A stretch of 30,652 nt of DNA from Pyrinomonadaceae bacterium (GTDB taxonomy: Bacteria > Acidobacteriota > Blastocatellia > Pyrinomonadales > Pyrinomonadaceae). The notes beneath the pieces were generated by a model, which did no database searches, was not told the DNA's origin, and saw only the letters and a list, made by a program, of their open reading frames with translations. A program made the translations under genes and the position numbers. Position 1 is the stretch's first letter; each line of letters opens with the position of its first letter. Positions 7,542 through 16,274 of this stretch are shown here, in pieces. The stretch covers positions 1 to 30,652 of the forward strand of contig DATHTS010000296.1 of the NCBI GenBank assembly GCA_035462935.1. Direction: 5' to 3'.

Positions 7542-9524
7542 GTGGAAGAAATTTTTGGCAAAAACGGGCTGATTGCGAAATATCACAGGGAATACGAATA
7601 TCGCGCCGGGCAGATCAAGATGGCGGAAGCCGTTTTGCGGGCGTTTGAGAATAAGAAACATCTCATCGTCGAAGCGGGAACCGGCACGGGCAAAACTCTG
7701 GCTTATCTCGTTCCGGCAATCGCGGCGGCGCTCGGCAAAAACAAGCGCGTGATTATTTCGACCGGCACGAAAAATTTGCAGGAGCAATTGATGGAAAAAG
7801 ACATTCCTTTTCTGCAAAAGGTTCTGCCGAAAAAATTTACCGCCGCTTCGATGAAAGGGCGCTCGAATTACGCCTGTCTTTACCGGATAAAAAAAGCGGA
7901 AACCCAGCCGATTCTCGAAGGCTTGGACGAGATGGATTATTTCGATGAAGTTCGCCATTGGTCGAGAGATTCGGAAACCGGCGACCGCGCCGAACTCACT
8001 GATTTACCGGAAAACATCTCGTTTTGGTCGAGAATCAACGCTAAATCGGAAACCTGTCTCGGACAGAAATGCCCGGATTTCGAGCCGTGTTTTATCACCC
8101 GAATGCGCGAACGCGCCGAGGATGCCGACATCGTAATCGTCAATCATCACCTTTTCTTCGCCGATTTAAATGTTCGCGGCAATCAATACGGCAAAGTTCT
8201 GCCTGATTACGGCGCTGTGATTTTTGACGAGGCGCATCTGATAGAAGACATCGCCGCCGATTATTTCGGTTTTCAGATTTCAAATTTTCAGATCGAAGAA
8301 TTAGCCCGCGATTCCGATATATTGCCGATAACCGACACGATTGCCGTCAGAGATTTAACAAAAATCGCTGCCAAGATCGTCGGCTTGGCAGACCAATTCT
8401 GGGTGCGCTTTGTTCAAACGCGCAGTCAGGAAGGCAGATTTCCGCTTCTTCCAAACGCCTTCGCGCAAAAGACTCACAGGGGCGAAATTCAGCCGACGCC
8501 GCTTGGCGAAGCGTATTTCGCTTTGGATTCGGCTCTGGAAAGAATGGAAACGGCGCTGGACGTTCACGCCGAAAAAGTTACGGAAGCCGAGAGCCTTCTG
8601 CGCCGCGTGCGGCAGACACGATTCGATCTCGATTTTATCTGCACGCAAGCCGAGAAAAATTACGTTTATTGGCTTGAAAAACGCGGCAAGGGAATGTTTC
8701 TCCGCGCTTCGCCGATTGACGTTTCCGCCCTGCTTCAGGAAAAGCTTTTCGACAAAACAGAAACGGTCGTTTTAACCAGCGCGACGCTTTCATCGAGCGG
8801 AAAATTCGATTTCATCAAAGACCGCTTGGGCTTGGACAACGGCAAAACCGAAACGCTGCTCGCGCCTTCGGCTTTCGACTATCAAAAACAATCGGTCATT
8901 TATATTCCGAAAGCGATGCCCGACCCGCGCTCGCCTGAATACACGCAGGTCGCGGCAAACGAGATCGTCAAAATTTTGCAGGTAACAAGCGGACACGCTT
9001 TCGTTCTCTGCACAAGCAATTCTTCAATGAACGCGCTTTACGAACTCGTTTCGATGCGCGTCAATTTCCCGTGTCTCGTGCAAGGCTCGATGTCAAAAGC
9101 CGGACTTCTTGACCGCTTCAAAAGCACGAAAAATGCTGTCCTTTTCGCCACATCTTCATTCTGGCAAGGCGTTGACGTGCGCGGCGAGCAGCTTTCCTGC
9201 GTCATCATTGATAAACTGCCCTTCGCCGTCCCGACTGACCCGATTGTCGCCGCGCGAACGCGCTTTATTGATGAAAATGGCGGCAAATCGTTTTTCGATT
9301 ATTCCGTTCCGCAAGCCGTAATTACTCTGAAACAGGGAATCGGGCGTTTGATTCGCAGCAAGACGGACAGAGGCGTGATTGCTATTTTGGATACAAGGCT
9401 GAGGACAAAATCTTACGGCAGAGATTTTCTAAATTCTTTACCGCAAACGAAAATTACGGCAGAATTAAAAGATGTAGCGCAGATGTTTAGCGGAGGTGAA
9501 GCGAATGCAGGCAGTTTTAGATGA
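7542..9524 (+). CDS. DinG/YoaA-family Fe-S ATP-dependent DNA helicase
   Basis: Q motif (YRAGQ), EAGTGTGKT, KGRSNYAC, CLGQKCPDFEPC Fe-S cysteines, DEAH, TSATL, WQGVDV, QGIGRLIRS. Confidence 0.95.
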   Translation: MEEIFGKNGLIAKYHREYEYRAGQIKMAEAVLRAFENKKHLIVEAGTGTGKTLAYLVPAIAAALGKNKRVIISTGTKNLQEQLMEKDIPFLQKVLPKKFTAASMKGRSNYACLYRIKKAETQPILEGLDEMDYFDEVRHWSRDSETGDRAELTDLPENISFWSRINAKSETCLGQKCPDFEPCFITRMRERAEDADIVIVNHHLFFADLNVRGNQYGKVLPDYGAVIFDEAHLIEDIAADYFGFQISNFQIEELARDSDILPITDTIAVRDLTKIAAKIVGLADQFWVRFVQTRSQEGRFPLLPNAFAQKTHRGEIQPTPLGEAYFALDSALERMETALDVHAEKVTEAESLLRRVRQTRFDLDFICTQAEKNYVYWLEKRGKGMFLRASPIDVSALLQEKLFDKTETVVLTSATLSSSGKFDFIKDRLGLDNGKTETLLAPSAFDYQKQSVIYIPKAMPDPRSPEYTQVAANEIVKILQVTSGHAFVLCTSNSSMNALYELVSMRVNFPCLVQGSMSKAGLLDRFKSTKNAVLFATSSFWQGVDVRGEQLSCVIIDKLPFAVPTDPIVAARTRFIDENGGKSFFDYSVPQAVITLKQGIGRLIRSKTDRGVIAILDTRLRTKSYGRDFLNSLPQTKITAELKDVAQMFSGGEANAGSFR

Positions 9525-9825
9525 AATAATTGAAAAAACTCGAAGCTTAACAAACGAGGAGCGTGATGAATTAATCCGACGTTTGCAGAAACAAGCGGAA
9601 ACGAGCAAATCTAACGGCGGAAAAAATCCCAGTCCGAATATTGAATGGCTGAAAGAACACCGCGACGAATATGCCGGAAATTATGTTGCTTTGAAAGATG
9701 GTGAACTTATTGCTGTAGGCAAAACAATCAAAGAAGCGGATTTAAGGGCAAAGGAAAAGGGCGTAAAAAATGCGTTTTTGCATTACATCGTAGCCGAAGA
9801 TGAGGAGATTTGGGGCGGTTGGTAG
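9505..9825 (+). CDS. Small hypothetical protein with DUF5678-like C-terminal domain
   Basis: GGAGGT RBS at 9492-9497 sits 7 nt before ATG 9505. The motif EWLKEHRDEYAGNYVALKDGELIAVG resembles DUF5678 proteins (from recall, not searched). Confidence 0.75.
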   Translation: MQAVLDEIIEKTRSLTNEERDELIRRLQKQAETSKSNGGKNPSPNIEWLKEHRDEYAGNYVALKDGELIAVGKTIKEADLRAKEKGVKNAFLHYIVAEDEEIWGGW

Positions 9826-10233
9826 ATGACTCACATACTCGAATTTGAAAAACTTGTTCGTTATGATTCCGGCAAAAGTGGAATCTCAATAAACGTTCAA
9901 GTGCGCTCAGGACAAGATTCGACAACTTTTGAAGCAAAGATAGACACAGGCTCAACCTATTGCATCTTTGAACGGATTCACGGCGAAAAATTAGGAATTG
10001 AAATCGAGTCGGGATTGCGCGAAAGCATAAGCACGGCAAGCGGCTCATTTTGGGCTTTTGCTCATCAAATTACTTTAGTTTTTGAAGATTACGAATTTGA
10101 TTCGACCGTGTATTTCGCACAAGACGAAAATTTTAACCGCAATGTTCTCGGCAGACACGGTTGGCTTGACCGGGTGATTATCGGCATTAACGATTACGAT
10201 GGGAAACTTTACTTAAGTCGTTATGAAAGCTAA
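9826..10233 (+). CDS. Retropepsin-like (clan AA) aspartic protease
   Basis: AKIDTGST catalytic motif and downstream NVLGRHGW (hGh motif). ATG directly abuts the upstream TAG. Confidence 0.85.
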   Translation: MTHILEFEKLVRYDSGKSGISINVQVRSGQDSTTFEAKIDTGSTYCIFERIHGEKLGIEIESGLRESISTASGSFWAFAHQITLVFEDYEFDSTVYFAQDENFNRNVLGRHGWLDRVIIGINDYDGKLYLSRYES

Positions 10234-10257
10234 AGAGTTACAGCAGGCATTTTTTTA

Positions 10258-11055
10258 TTAATCCTTTTTTATCATCTGACAATTGCCCGGAGATGTTTCC
10301 ATTGATTTGCGAAACTGCTTATAAAAACGGCTCAAATCGTTGTAGCCGACATCCTGCGAAACATTTATTATTTCCTCACCTTTCGCCAATCTGAAGGTCG
10401 CGTCGGCGATGCGAATTTGATGAAGATAGGCGCTCGGAGTCAGATCGTAATCGCGTTTGAATTGGCGGGTGAGATGCTCGTGCGAAACGTTTAGCCGGGC
10501 GGCGATGCGGGCGATGGATGGATAAATGTGATAATTTTCATCAATCAGGCGTTTGGCTTTGAGAGAAAGCAGGGAAGGTTTTGGATTAAGTTCGACCGAT
10601 TGGGGGTTTCTACCTGTTTTCAAAATCTCCCTTACTTGTGCTGCGCCGGAAAAGGATTCGGTAAAATCCGTTTCAAATAAAAGCGGCGCGATTGGGAATT
10701 CTTCGGGCAAAAAATCCTCTGCGGCAATTCCTCGCGTTTTGCCTTTTACTTGTTTGAAAAAGGGTTGAGAAATTGTAAAAGGAGGATAGAAAATTCCGAA
10801 GCGTTTTGTTTTCGGGGAAATTTTTTCAGCGCCTCGAACAAAAAACAATTCGCCCGCTTCCAATTCGTAAAGCTCAAACAGCCAGGCGGCGCAAAGAACA
10901 ATCTTCACGCTGAAATCTTCTTTTATTTCTAATTGATCTTCAAAATAATACGCGCCGTCGGGTAAGAATTCGGTTTTACGGCGCGTTAAAATTCCGCCGT
11001 CTTCGGTTTCGGCTTGAAAGCTGGATTTGTCCGAACTGAGTTGTTTGATTTCCAT
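10258..11055 (-). CDS. AraC-family transcriptional regulator
   Basis: IARIAARLNVSHEHLTRQFKRDYDLTPSAY and VGYNDLSRFYKQFRKSMETSP double HTH. Confidence 0.9.
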   Translation of the reverse strand: MEIKQLSSDKSSFQAETEDGGILTRRKTEFLPDGAYYFEDQLEIKEDFSVKIVLCAAWLFELYELEAGELFFVRGAEKISPKTKRFGIFYPPFTISQPFFKQVKGKTRGIAAEDFLPEEFPIAPLLFETDFTESFSGAAQVREILKTGRNPQSVELNPKPSLLSLKAKRLIDENYHIYPSIARIAARLNVSHEHLTRQFKRDYDLTPSAYLHQIRIADATFRLAKGEEIINVSQDVGYNDLSRFYKQFRKSMETSPGNCQMIKKD

Positions 11056-11073
11056 TTAAACCGACTGAAGCGT

Positions 11074-11526
11074 TTATTTTAGATTTTTAACCATCTCAAC
11101 CTGTCTTCCCGCCGCTGCGGTTTTCTCAACTCCGGTTTTCCGGTAGCCTGATTTTTCATAAAAATCCTGTCCGGTAACGCTTGAATCCACCCGGATGGTT
11201 TTAATTCCGCCCCGCTTGGCAAAATTTTCGATTTCCTCTAACAATTTTCTGCCGATTCCTTTTTTCTGATATTCGGGAAGAACGAAAAACGTTAATAATT
11301 CCGCTTCTTCAATCGCCGCCGTTCCGACGATTTTATTATCCGCTTCCGCCACCAGACAAAATCTTTCCCGGTTAAGCTGTAGAATCTTATCCGGCGAAAA
11401 ATAGTCAATCAGCGGCTGTAAAATTTCGGGAGAATAATCCGCGCTGTTTGAAGCTTTCATCGTTTGCCGGATGACAAACGAAATCGCCTCCGCATCTTTC
11501 GGCTCGAATTTTCGTACTAAAACCAT
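11074..11526 (-). CDS. GNAT-family N-acetyltransferase
   Basis: FFVLPEYQKKGIGRKLL acetyl-CoA motif and AQDFYEKSGY-type end (GQDFYEKSGY). The likely start is ATG 11526 rather than 11580. Confidence 0.88.
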   Translation of the reverse strand: MVLVRKFEPKDAEAISFVIRQTMKASNSADYSPEILQPLIDYFSPDKILQLNRERFCLVAEADNKIVGTAAIEEAELLTFFVLPEYQKKGIGRKLLEEIENFAKRGGIKTIRVDSSVTGQDFYEKSGYRKTGVEKTAAAGRQVEMVKNLK

Positions 11527-11548
11527 AGCCAGACTTTTTTCAGACGAG

Positions 11549-11667
11549 GAAATTAGCCCGTGAATAACGCTAATGAACACGAATTTCTTGAAATCAAATA
11601 ATTACTTTATTTGTAAAATCCTTTCTCTTATTCGCGTAAATTCGCGCCGATTCGCGGGCTAATTTTC
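11549..11667. repeat. Palindromic intergenic element with 10-bp periodic arms (MITE/REP-like)
   Basis: AATTAGCCCGTGAAT (11551-11565) versus ATTCGCGGGCTAATT (11650-11664) is an inverted repeat with 1 mismatch. ATTCGCG occurs at 11630, 11640 and 11650. Confidence 0.7.
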
Positions 11668-11688
11668 TTATCTCGAACAGAGCGCAGA

Positions 11689-12210
11689 TTAGGTTTTCTC
11701 CTTAAAGGGAAGCGGCGGCGGTTCTTCGCCCTCTTTCGGATAATCCTTGTTCAGGCTGTCGTAAATGCCGATAATCTGACCGATCCATTTTTTCGCGCCT
11801 TCATTGTTCGGGTCTAACTTCAAAGCGCGGCGGTAATCGCCGAGCGCCGAAGCGTATTGCCGCGCTTCGGTCAGGGCAAAACCGCGTTTGTAATAAGCTT
11901 CAGCCAGAGCCTTTTTCGCGGCTTCGTCATTCGGCTTTGAATTCAATTCCTTCTCGGTTTTGGCGATTTCCGCGTCAAATTCTTTTGTGTCAATCGGATC
12001 GCCGCTCTGCGTCCACTTGGTTTTGCCTTCAGATTTGGCAGCCGGAGGCGTTTGCCCCATTTTCGGGTCGCCCGAATGCGCCGTGACCGTCATGGTGTTG
12101 CTCGGTGTCGTCACATTGGAAACAGCGGTATTGGCAACCGGCTGCGGCTGAGATTGGCTGCAACTGATAAAAGCTAAACTAAATAAACTAATTGCTATAA
12201 TCTTTTTCAT
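11689..12210 (-). CDS. TPR-containing lipoprotein
   Basis: MKKIIAISLFSLAFISC lipobox from ATG 12210, then a P/T/Q-rich linker and TPR-like AEAYYKRG...ALKLDPNN. Confidence 0.85.
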   Translation of the reverse strand: MKKIIAISLFSLAFISCSQSQPQPVANTAVSNVTTPSNTMTVTAHSGDPKMGQTPPAAKSEGKTKWTQSGDPIDTKEFDAEIAKTEKELNSKPNDEAAKKALAEAYYKRGFALTEARQYASALGDYRRALKLDPNNEGAKKWIGQIIGIYDSLNKDYPKEGEEPPPLPFKEKT

Positions 12211-12225
12211 TTTAAAAAATAAATA

Positions 12226-12360
12226 AAAGGAACGCCAGCATCTTGCTGGCAAAGATTGCGTCAGCAATCTAAATGTGCTCGTTTTTATTCAATCTTGAAT
12301 AAACCTAGTCGTTTGTGAACGCTTGTGCGTTCATTGCCAGCAAGATGCTGGCGCTCCTTT
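12226..12360. repeat. Inverted pair of REP-like palindromes (BIME-like) with internal hairpins
   Basis: AAAGGAACGCCAGCATCTTGCTGGCAA (12226-12252) and its reverse complement at 12334-12360 differ by 1 mismatch in 27 nt. Each contains the hairpin GCCAGCA-TCT-TGCTGGC. Confidence 0.8.
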
Positions 12361-12365
12361 ATCTG

Positions 12366-14327
12366 TTAATTCTCAATATACGGGCGCGACTGTAAAATAA
12401 AAATCTGACCTTTTTGATAGCCCCATTCGATGTCCTGATCCTTTTTATTGCCGAATAATTTCTTGATTGCAAGCGCGGCATTGACCAAACTTCGCGCCGT
12501 TGCGTCAGTCAGCACTCTTCTTTCAACGGAAATAGGCGTTTCTTTCAAACCGCCGTTTTCGTCAAATTTGATCTCCGTTTCCTGATTTGAACGAGTTAAA
12601 ACCTGAACGGAATTCGATTTCGGCGTGAACAGAATCTGTTCGGGAATCCTCTCGCCTTTGCTGCTGCCCTCGCCGCCGACGACCTGGATGTTATGCCCGC
12701 GCGTCGCCGCGATATAAACCGCTCCTTTGTTTTCTTTATCGAACGGATCTTTCGTAATCATCACACCGCCGTTATCCATATTCACGCCGATTTGGATAAA
12801 AACGCCCATATACGTTCCGCGATGGTCTATAAAATTGCGCTCGCGGGTGTCGTAAGCATCGAAATTCCAGAGCGAAGCCCAGACGGTTTTCACCGCTTCG
12901 ATAAGTTTCTCTTCTTCCTTAACATTCGGAACGGTCGTGTAAAGTCCCGCGCCTGAAAAATTCGGCATATCCTCGGCGTTTGAAGAACTGCGGACGAAAA
13001 CGCCTTTTCCGCCGAGTTCGGTTCGCCATTTTTTGATAATTTCCGCTTTCAATTTTTCGTCAAACTCGGCGTTTTGAATCTCCTGGCGAAATTCTTCGAG
13101 CTTTTGCCGCCGGAAGCGCGGGTTATGCACAAAATCATATTCGATCATCAAATCGGCGATTTTATCGTCGAGATCGTGTTTATGCATAAATTCGTAGTAG
13201 TAATGAAAGGGAATCGAAAAGCCGTCGGGAACGGTAATGTTTGGAATTTTCGCGTTTGCCACCTCGCCCAAATTCGCGGCTTTCGCGCCGTAAGCGATGC
13301 TGTCTTTTTTGCCGATTTGTCTCAGCGCCGCCAGCCGCGTTATTTCCAGATTCGACGGCGGGGCTTTGAAAACCTTTCCTTTCTCCTCTTCCGCCGCGCG
13401 CCATTTATCCAAAACTTGCTTGTCGGCGAGTTTTATTTTGTAATCGGTCAGAGTGGTTTCAAACTCGACCCACCAGGTATCGTATTCCTTGAAGAGTTTG
13501 TCGGCGTCCTTAATGTAAGCGTTCGGAATACCCCAGCCTTTCGCCAGAATGTTGATGTGCGAAAGCGGCGAACTCGGTTTGGCAATAATAATTCCGGCAA
13601 CCGGCGGCAGATTTTGTGGAATTTCCTTCAAAACGATAATCTCGTTGTAGCCGATTTCCACCGTGTCGTCGAGCTTGTCAATAATATGGACGCGACCGAC
13701 GCCGCGAGCCGCGTTGAGCGCGAGATATTCCTGATTTTTTGAGATTTCGTCGGATGTTATGCGCTCGATGTCGAGATTAGCCGACAGCTCATCCTGTCGA
13801 ATCGAGTTCGGCTTGAAAGCGACCGGCTCGTGAAAAGTTTTATTGATAATATCGTAAGTCAGTTTAATTTGCTGGGCGGGAATCATATCGCCTTCCCAAA
13901 ATTCAAACGTAAACGCTTCGACCGTTTTTTGCCACGCGATTGTCCCGACGATAAAGCGCCGGTTTTCATTAATGTAAATGTTCTCGAAAAGATTTTCGCC
14001 TTTTAGAACGAGATAATTCCCGATTAAAAAATCCTTGTGAAAACGGTATTTCTGCGAATTGACGTAATAAATCTTGTTCTTGTTTTTGCGGTCAATCACA
14101 AACATCGCGTGCGGCAGAGCGTAGGGTGTATCCTTGTGATAAACCCGCGAAATCCGGTCGAAATCTTCCTGCGATTTTATTGCGGTCAAAAACCTGTCTT
14201 TGGCGTCCGGTTTAGTGACAGTCGCGTCTTTTGGCGCTCGTGTAGGCGAAGGTTTGCGCGTCATTTGAGCAAAACCTGAGATTGTAAAACATAAAATTAA
14301 AAGTGAAATTAAACTAATTTTTTTCAT
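12366..14327 (-). CDS. Exported PEP-synthase/PPDK-like protein (phospho-His swivel domain + ATP-grasp domain)
   Basis: Signal peptide MKKISLISLLILCFTISGFAQ from ATG 14327. Swivel motif GIIIAKPSSPLSHINILAKGWGIP. ATP-grasp motifs YGAKAANLGEV, VPDGFSIP, VRSSSNAEDMPNFSGAGLY, DIEWGYQKGQIFILQSRP. Confidence 0.85.
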   Translation of the reverse strand: MKKISLISLLILCFTISGFAQMTRKPSPTRAPKDATVTKPDAKDRFLTAIKSQEDFDRISRVYHKDTPYALPHAMFVIDRKNKNKIYYVNSQKYRFHKDFLIGNYLVLKGENLFENIYINENRRFIVGTIAWQKTVEAFTFEFWEGDMIPAQQIKLTYDIINKTFHEPVAFKPNSIRQDELSANLDIERITSDEISKNQEYLALNAARGVGRVHIIDKLDDTVEIGYNEIIVLKEIPQNLPPVAGIIIAKPSSPLSHINILAKGWGIPNAYIKDADKLFKEYDTWWVEFETTLTDYKIKLADKQVLDKWRAAEEEKGKVFKAPPSNLEITRLAALRQIGKKDSIAYGAKAANLGEVANAKIPNITVPDGFSIPFHYYYEFMHKHDLDDKIADLMIEYDFVHNPRFRRQKLEEFRQEIQNAEFDEKLKAEIIKKWRTELGGKGVFVRSSSNAEDMPNFSGAGLYTTVPNVKEEEKLIEAVKTVWASLWNFDAYDTRERNFIDHRGTYMGVFIQIGVNMDNGGVMITKDPFDKENKGAVYIAATRGHNIQVVGGEGSSKGERIPEQILFTPKSNSVQVLTRSNQETEIKFDENGGLKETPISVERRVLTDATARSLVNAALAIKKLFGNKKDQDIEWGYQKGQIFILQSRPYIEN

Positions 14328-14580
14328 TATTCTTATCTTCTTTTCCTTCGGGCAATCGGCGTTCAAACCTTGCTAATTCTCTTTCGACCCAAAGTTTTGT
14401 TTTATCGCTTTCGGCTTGGAGCGCATAAACCAGCACATCTATTTTTGCCGATTGTTGATTGACGATTTCTGATAAATGGGTGACATCTCGCCGCAAATTT
14501 TCAACGTCTTTTTCGAGGCGATCAACCCTGGAGGTAACCGTGAAAACCTTTGTCAAAAGGTCAAATAATTTCTCCAACAC
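14314..14580 (-). CDS. Small coiled-coil hypothetical protein (88 aa)
   Basis: GTG start lies 1 nt after the upstream TAA, and the 3' end overlaps the next ATG by 14 nt. Heptad-like VDRLEKDVENLRRDVTHLSEIV. Confidence 0.6.
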   Translation of the reverse strand: MLEKLFDLLTKVFTVTSRVDRLEKDVENLRRDVTHLSEIVNQQSAKIDVLVYALQAESDKTKLWVERELARFERRLPEGKEDKNNEKN

Positions 14581-14581
14581 T

Positions 14582-14812
14582 TTATTTCTCCAAAGAAATT
14601 TCCAAATTAGCCAAACGCTTAGAAACCCCTTTCATTATTTTTTCGGCTTCGTCAAGATTTCGCCTTGTTTCCTCGCGCATTTTGTCTATTCTCGCATCGC
14701 GTTCCGGGCTTTCCGCTTCCATTCTTCGCAGAATCTCTAAAGTCGCGTCTAAAAGTTTTTCAAAATCTCTCGCCTGATTTTCGCTCATCTCGAAAGTAAC
14801 TGTATTTGCCAT
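14582..14812 (-). CDS. Small helical hypothetical protein (76 aa)
   Basis: GGAG RBS-like sequence upstream of the ATG. Charged helical sequence, coupled to the 88-aa ORF. Confidence 0.65.
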   Translation of the reverse strand: MANTVTFEMSENQARDFEKLLDATLEILRRMEAESPERDARIDKMREETRRNLDEAEKIMKGVSKRLANLEISLEK

Positions 14813-14879
14813 ATCTCTAAACTCCTTTCGCCCTTATTTTACGCTATTTTCCGTCAAATTTCATTAAATAATTAAATCT

Positions 14880-16160
14880 TTAGCTCGCCGCTCGCGCTTT
14901 CGGTTTCTGCAAAATCGCCTCAATCGCGTCACACGCGGTTTCGGTTCCGCGCTCGGCTTCTACGATGCGTTTTGCTTCGAGCGCGTTTGATTTGTAGCTT
15001 AAATCTGCGAGTATTCTCTGTAGTTTTTTCGCCGCATTTTCCGCCGTATAATCATCGCGGGAAATTGTTTCGGCAACGCCGACGCGCTCGCATCGCGCAG
15101 CATTATCGGGCTGATCGTGGCTGTAAGGCATAATCAAATGCGGAACGCCCGCCCGCAAAACTTGAGCCGTTGTGCCGACTCCGCCTTGATGAACGACCGC
15201 CGCCGCTTTCGGAAAAACTTGCGAATAAGGGGCGTAATCAAACCCGACGATGTTTTCATCCAAACCTTTCGGCGGCTCGTTATAAACGCCGTAAAGCAAA
15301 ACGGCGCGGCGATTCAAAATGCGGGCGGCTTTCGCGCTTTCCTCGAAAAAATTTCCCGCATCCATCACGGCGGCGGAACCGAGCGTGAAAACAATCGGCG
15401 GCTCGCCATTTTCCAAAAATTCCGTCAAACCTTCGGGCATTTTGCCGAGATCGTCTTTCCCGTCGTAAAAGCAAAATCCGGTTTGCAGCGTCGGGCTGTG
15501 CCAATCGGGCTGCGGTTTTGAGAGAACTTTGGAAAACAGCGCGAGATGCAGCAAGTTTGAATTCTTACCGAAAAACACGGGATCGTGATTTTCATCCAAA
15601 CCGAGCGAGCGGCGAAATTCCCTGTAAGGCTCGAGCCAATCCCGAATCGTCCAACTCATCAGCTTGAAAATTCCCTGATGAAAACCGACCGGCAAAAATC
15701 TGAGATGCTCATACCATTGCGCGGTCGGATAAACGTTCGGGTCGTGCGCGGAAAAAAACGAAATCGGCGCGAGGCTGGTCGAAATCCATTTGATTCCCGT
15801 TTTCTCGACAACCGATTTTGCGACGTAAATAATCTCGCCCGTAATCAGCAAATCGGCGTCTTCGACCGCCTTCATTACGTCCTCATACATCGCCTGCAAA
15901 TTCGGCATTATAAGCTCGCGCAAAATCGTTTCCGTTCCCTTTTTGGCATCCATCAGCAATTTGCCGAACTCGCGGTCTTCCGGCGAAACAGTTGGGCGAA
16001 GAGGCGAGAGTTCAAACCCGAGCGATTCGATTTTTTCGCGGTAAAATTCCATCACGTTAAAAACGACATCGTGCCCGCGCCGCCTGAGTTCAAGACCAAG
16101 CGCGATCTTCGGATGCAAATCGCCGAGTGAGCCAAAGGTTGATAAAACGATTTTCGACAT
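14880..16160 (-). CDS. GT1-family NDP-glycosyltransferase (rhamnosyltransferase/sterol GT-like)
   Basis: STFGSLGDLHP N-terminal motif, VFTLGSAA, VVHQGGVGTTAQVLRAGVPHLIMPYSHDQPDNA. Confidence 0.9.
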   Translation of the reverse strand: MSKIVLSTFGSLGDLHPKIALGLELRRRGHDVVFNVMEFYREKIESLGFELSPLRPTVSPEDREFGKLLMDAKKGTETILRELIMPNLQAMYEDVMKAVEDADLLITGEIIYVAKSVVEKTGIKWISTSLAPISFFSAHDPNVYPTAQWYEHLRFLPVGFHQGIFKLMSWTIRDWLEPYREFRRSLGLDENHDPVFFGKNSNLLHLALFSKVLSKPQPDWHSPTLQTGFCFYDGKDDLGKMPEGLTEFLENGEPPIVFTLGSAAVMDAGNFFEESAKAARILNRRAVLLYGVYNEPPKGLDENIVGFDYAPYSQVFPKAAAVVHQGGVGTTAQVLRAGVPHLIMPYSHDQPDNAARCERVGVAETISRDDYTAENAAKKLQRILADLSYKSNALEAKRIVEAERGTETACDAIEAILQKPKARAAS

Positions 16161-16175
16161 AAAACTTTAAATAGA

Positions 16176-16255
16176 GAAACAACGGATTAACGTAAATTTA
16201 CACGGATTATTAAATTTAATAAAATCTGCGAAAATCTGTGCTAATCCGTTGTTTC
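16176..16255. repeat. 80-bp palindromic element with 10-bp periodic arms
   Basis: Perfect 14-bp terminal IR GAAACAACGGATTA/TAATCCGTTGTTTC, with a central perfect palindrome TTATTAAATTTAATAA (16207-16222). Confidence 0.75.
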
Positions 16256-16274
16256 AAACCTCTTTCATCCGAGC

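Noticed and set aside
6935-9524. Fe-S carrier gene next to an Fe-S helicase as a functional unit
   Set aside because: They are separated by a terminator and about 250 nt. A-type carriers serve many clients, so adjacency is probably incidental.
13074-13742. 222-aa plus-strand ORF, and similar long overlapping ORFs (e.g. 15585..16130, 23268..23756, 26504..26989, 7515..7958)
   Set aside because: They are fully antisense to well-supported genes and carry no motifs; these are shadow ORFs.
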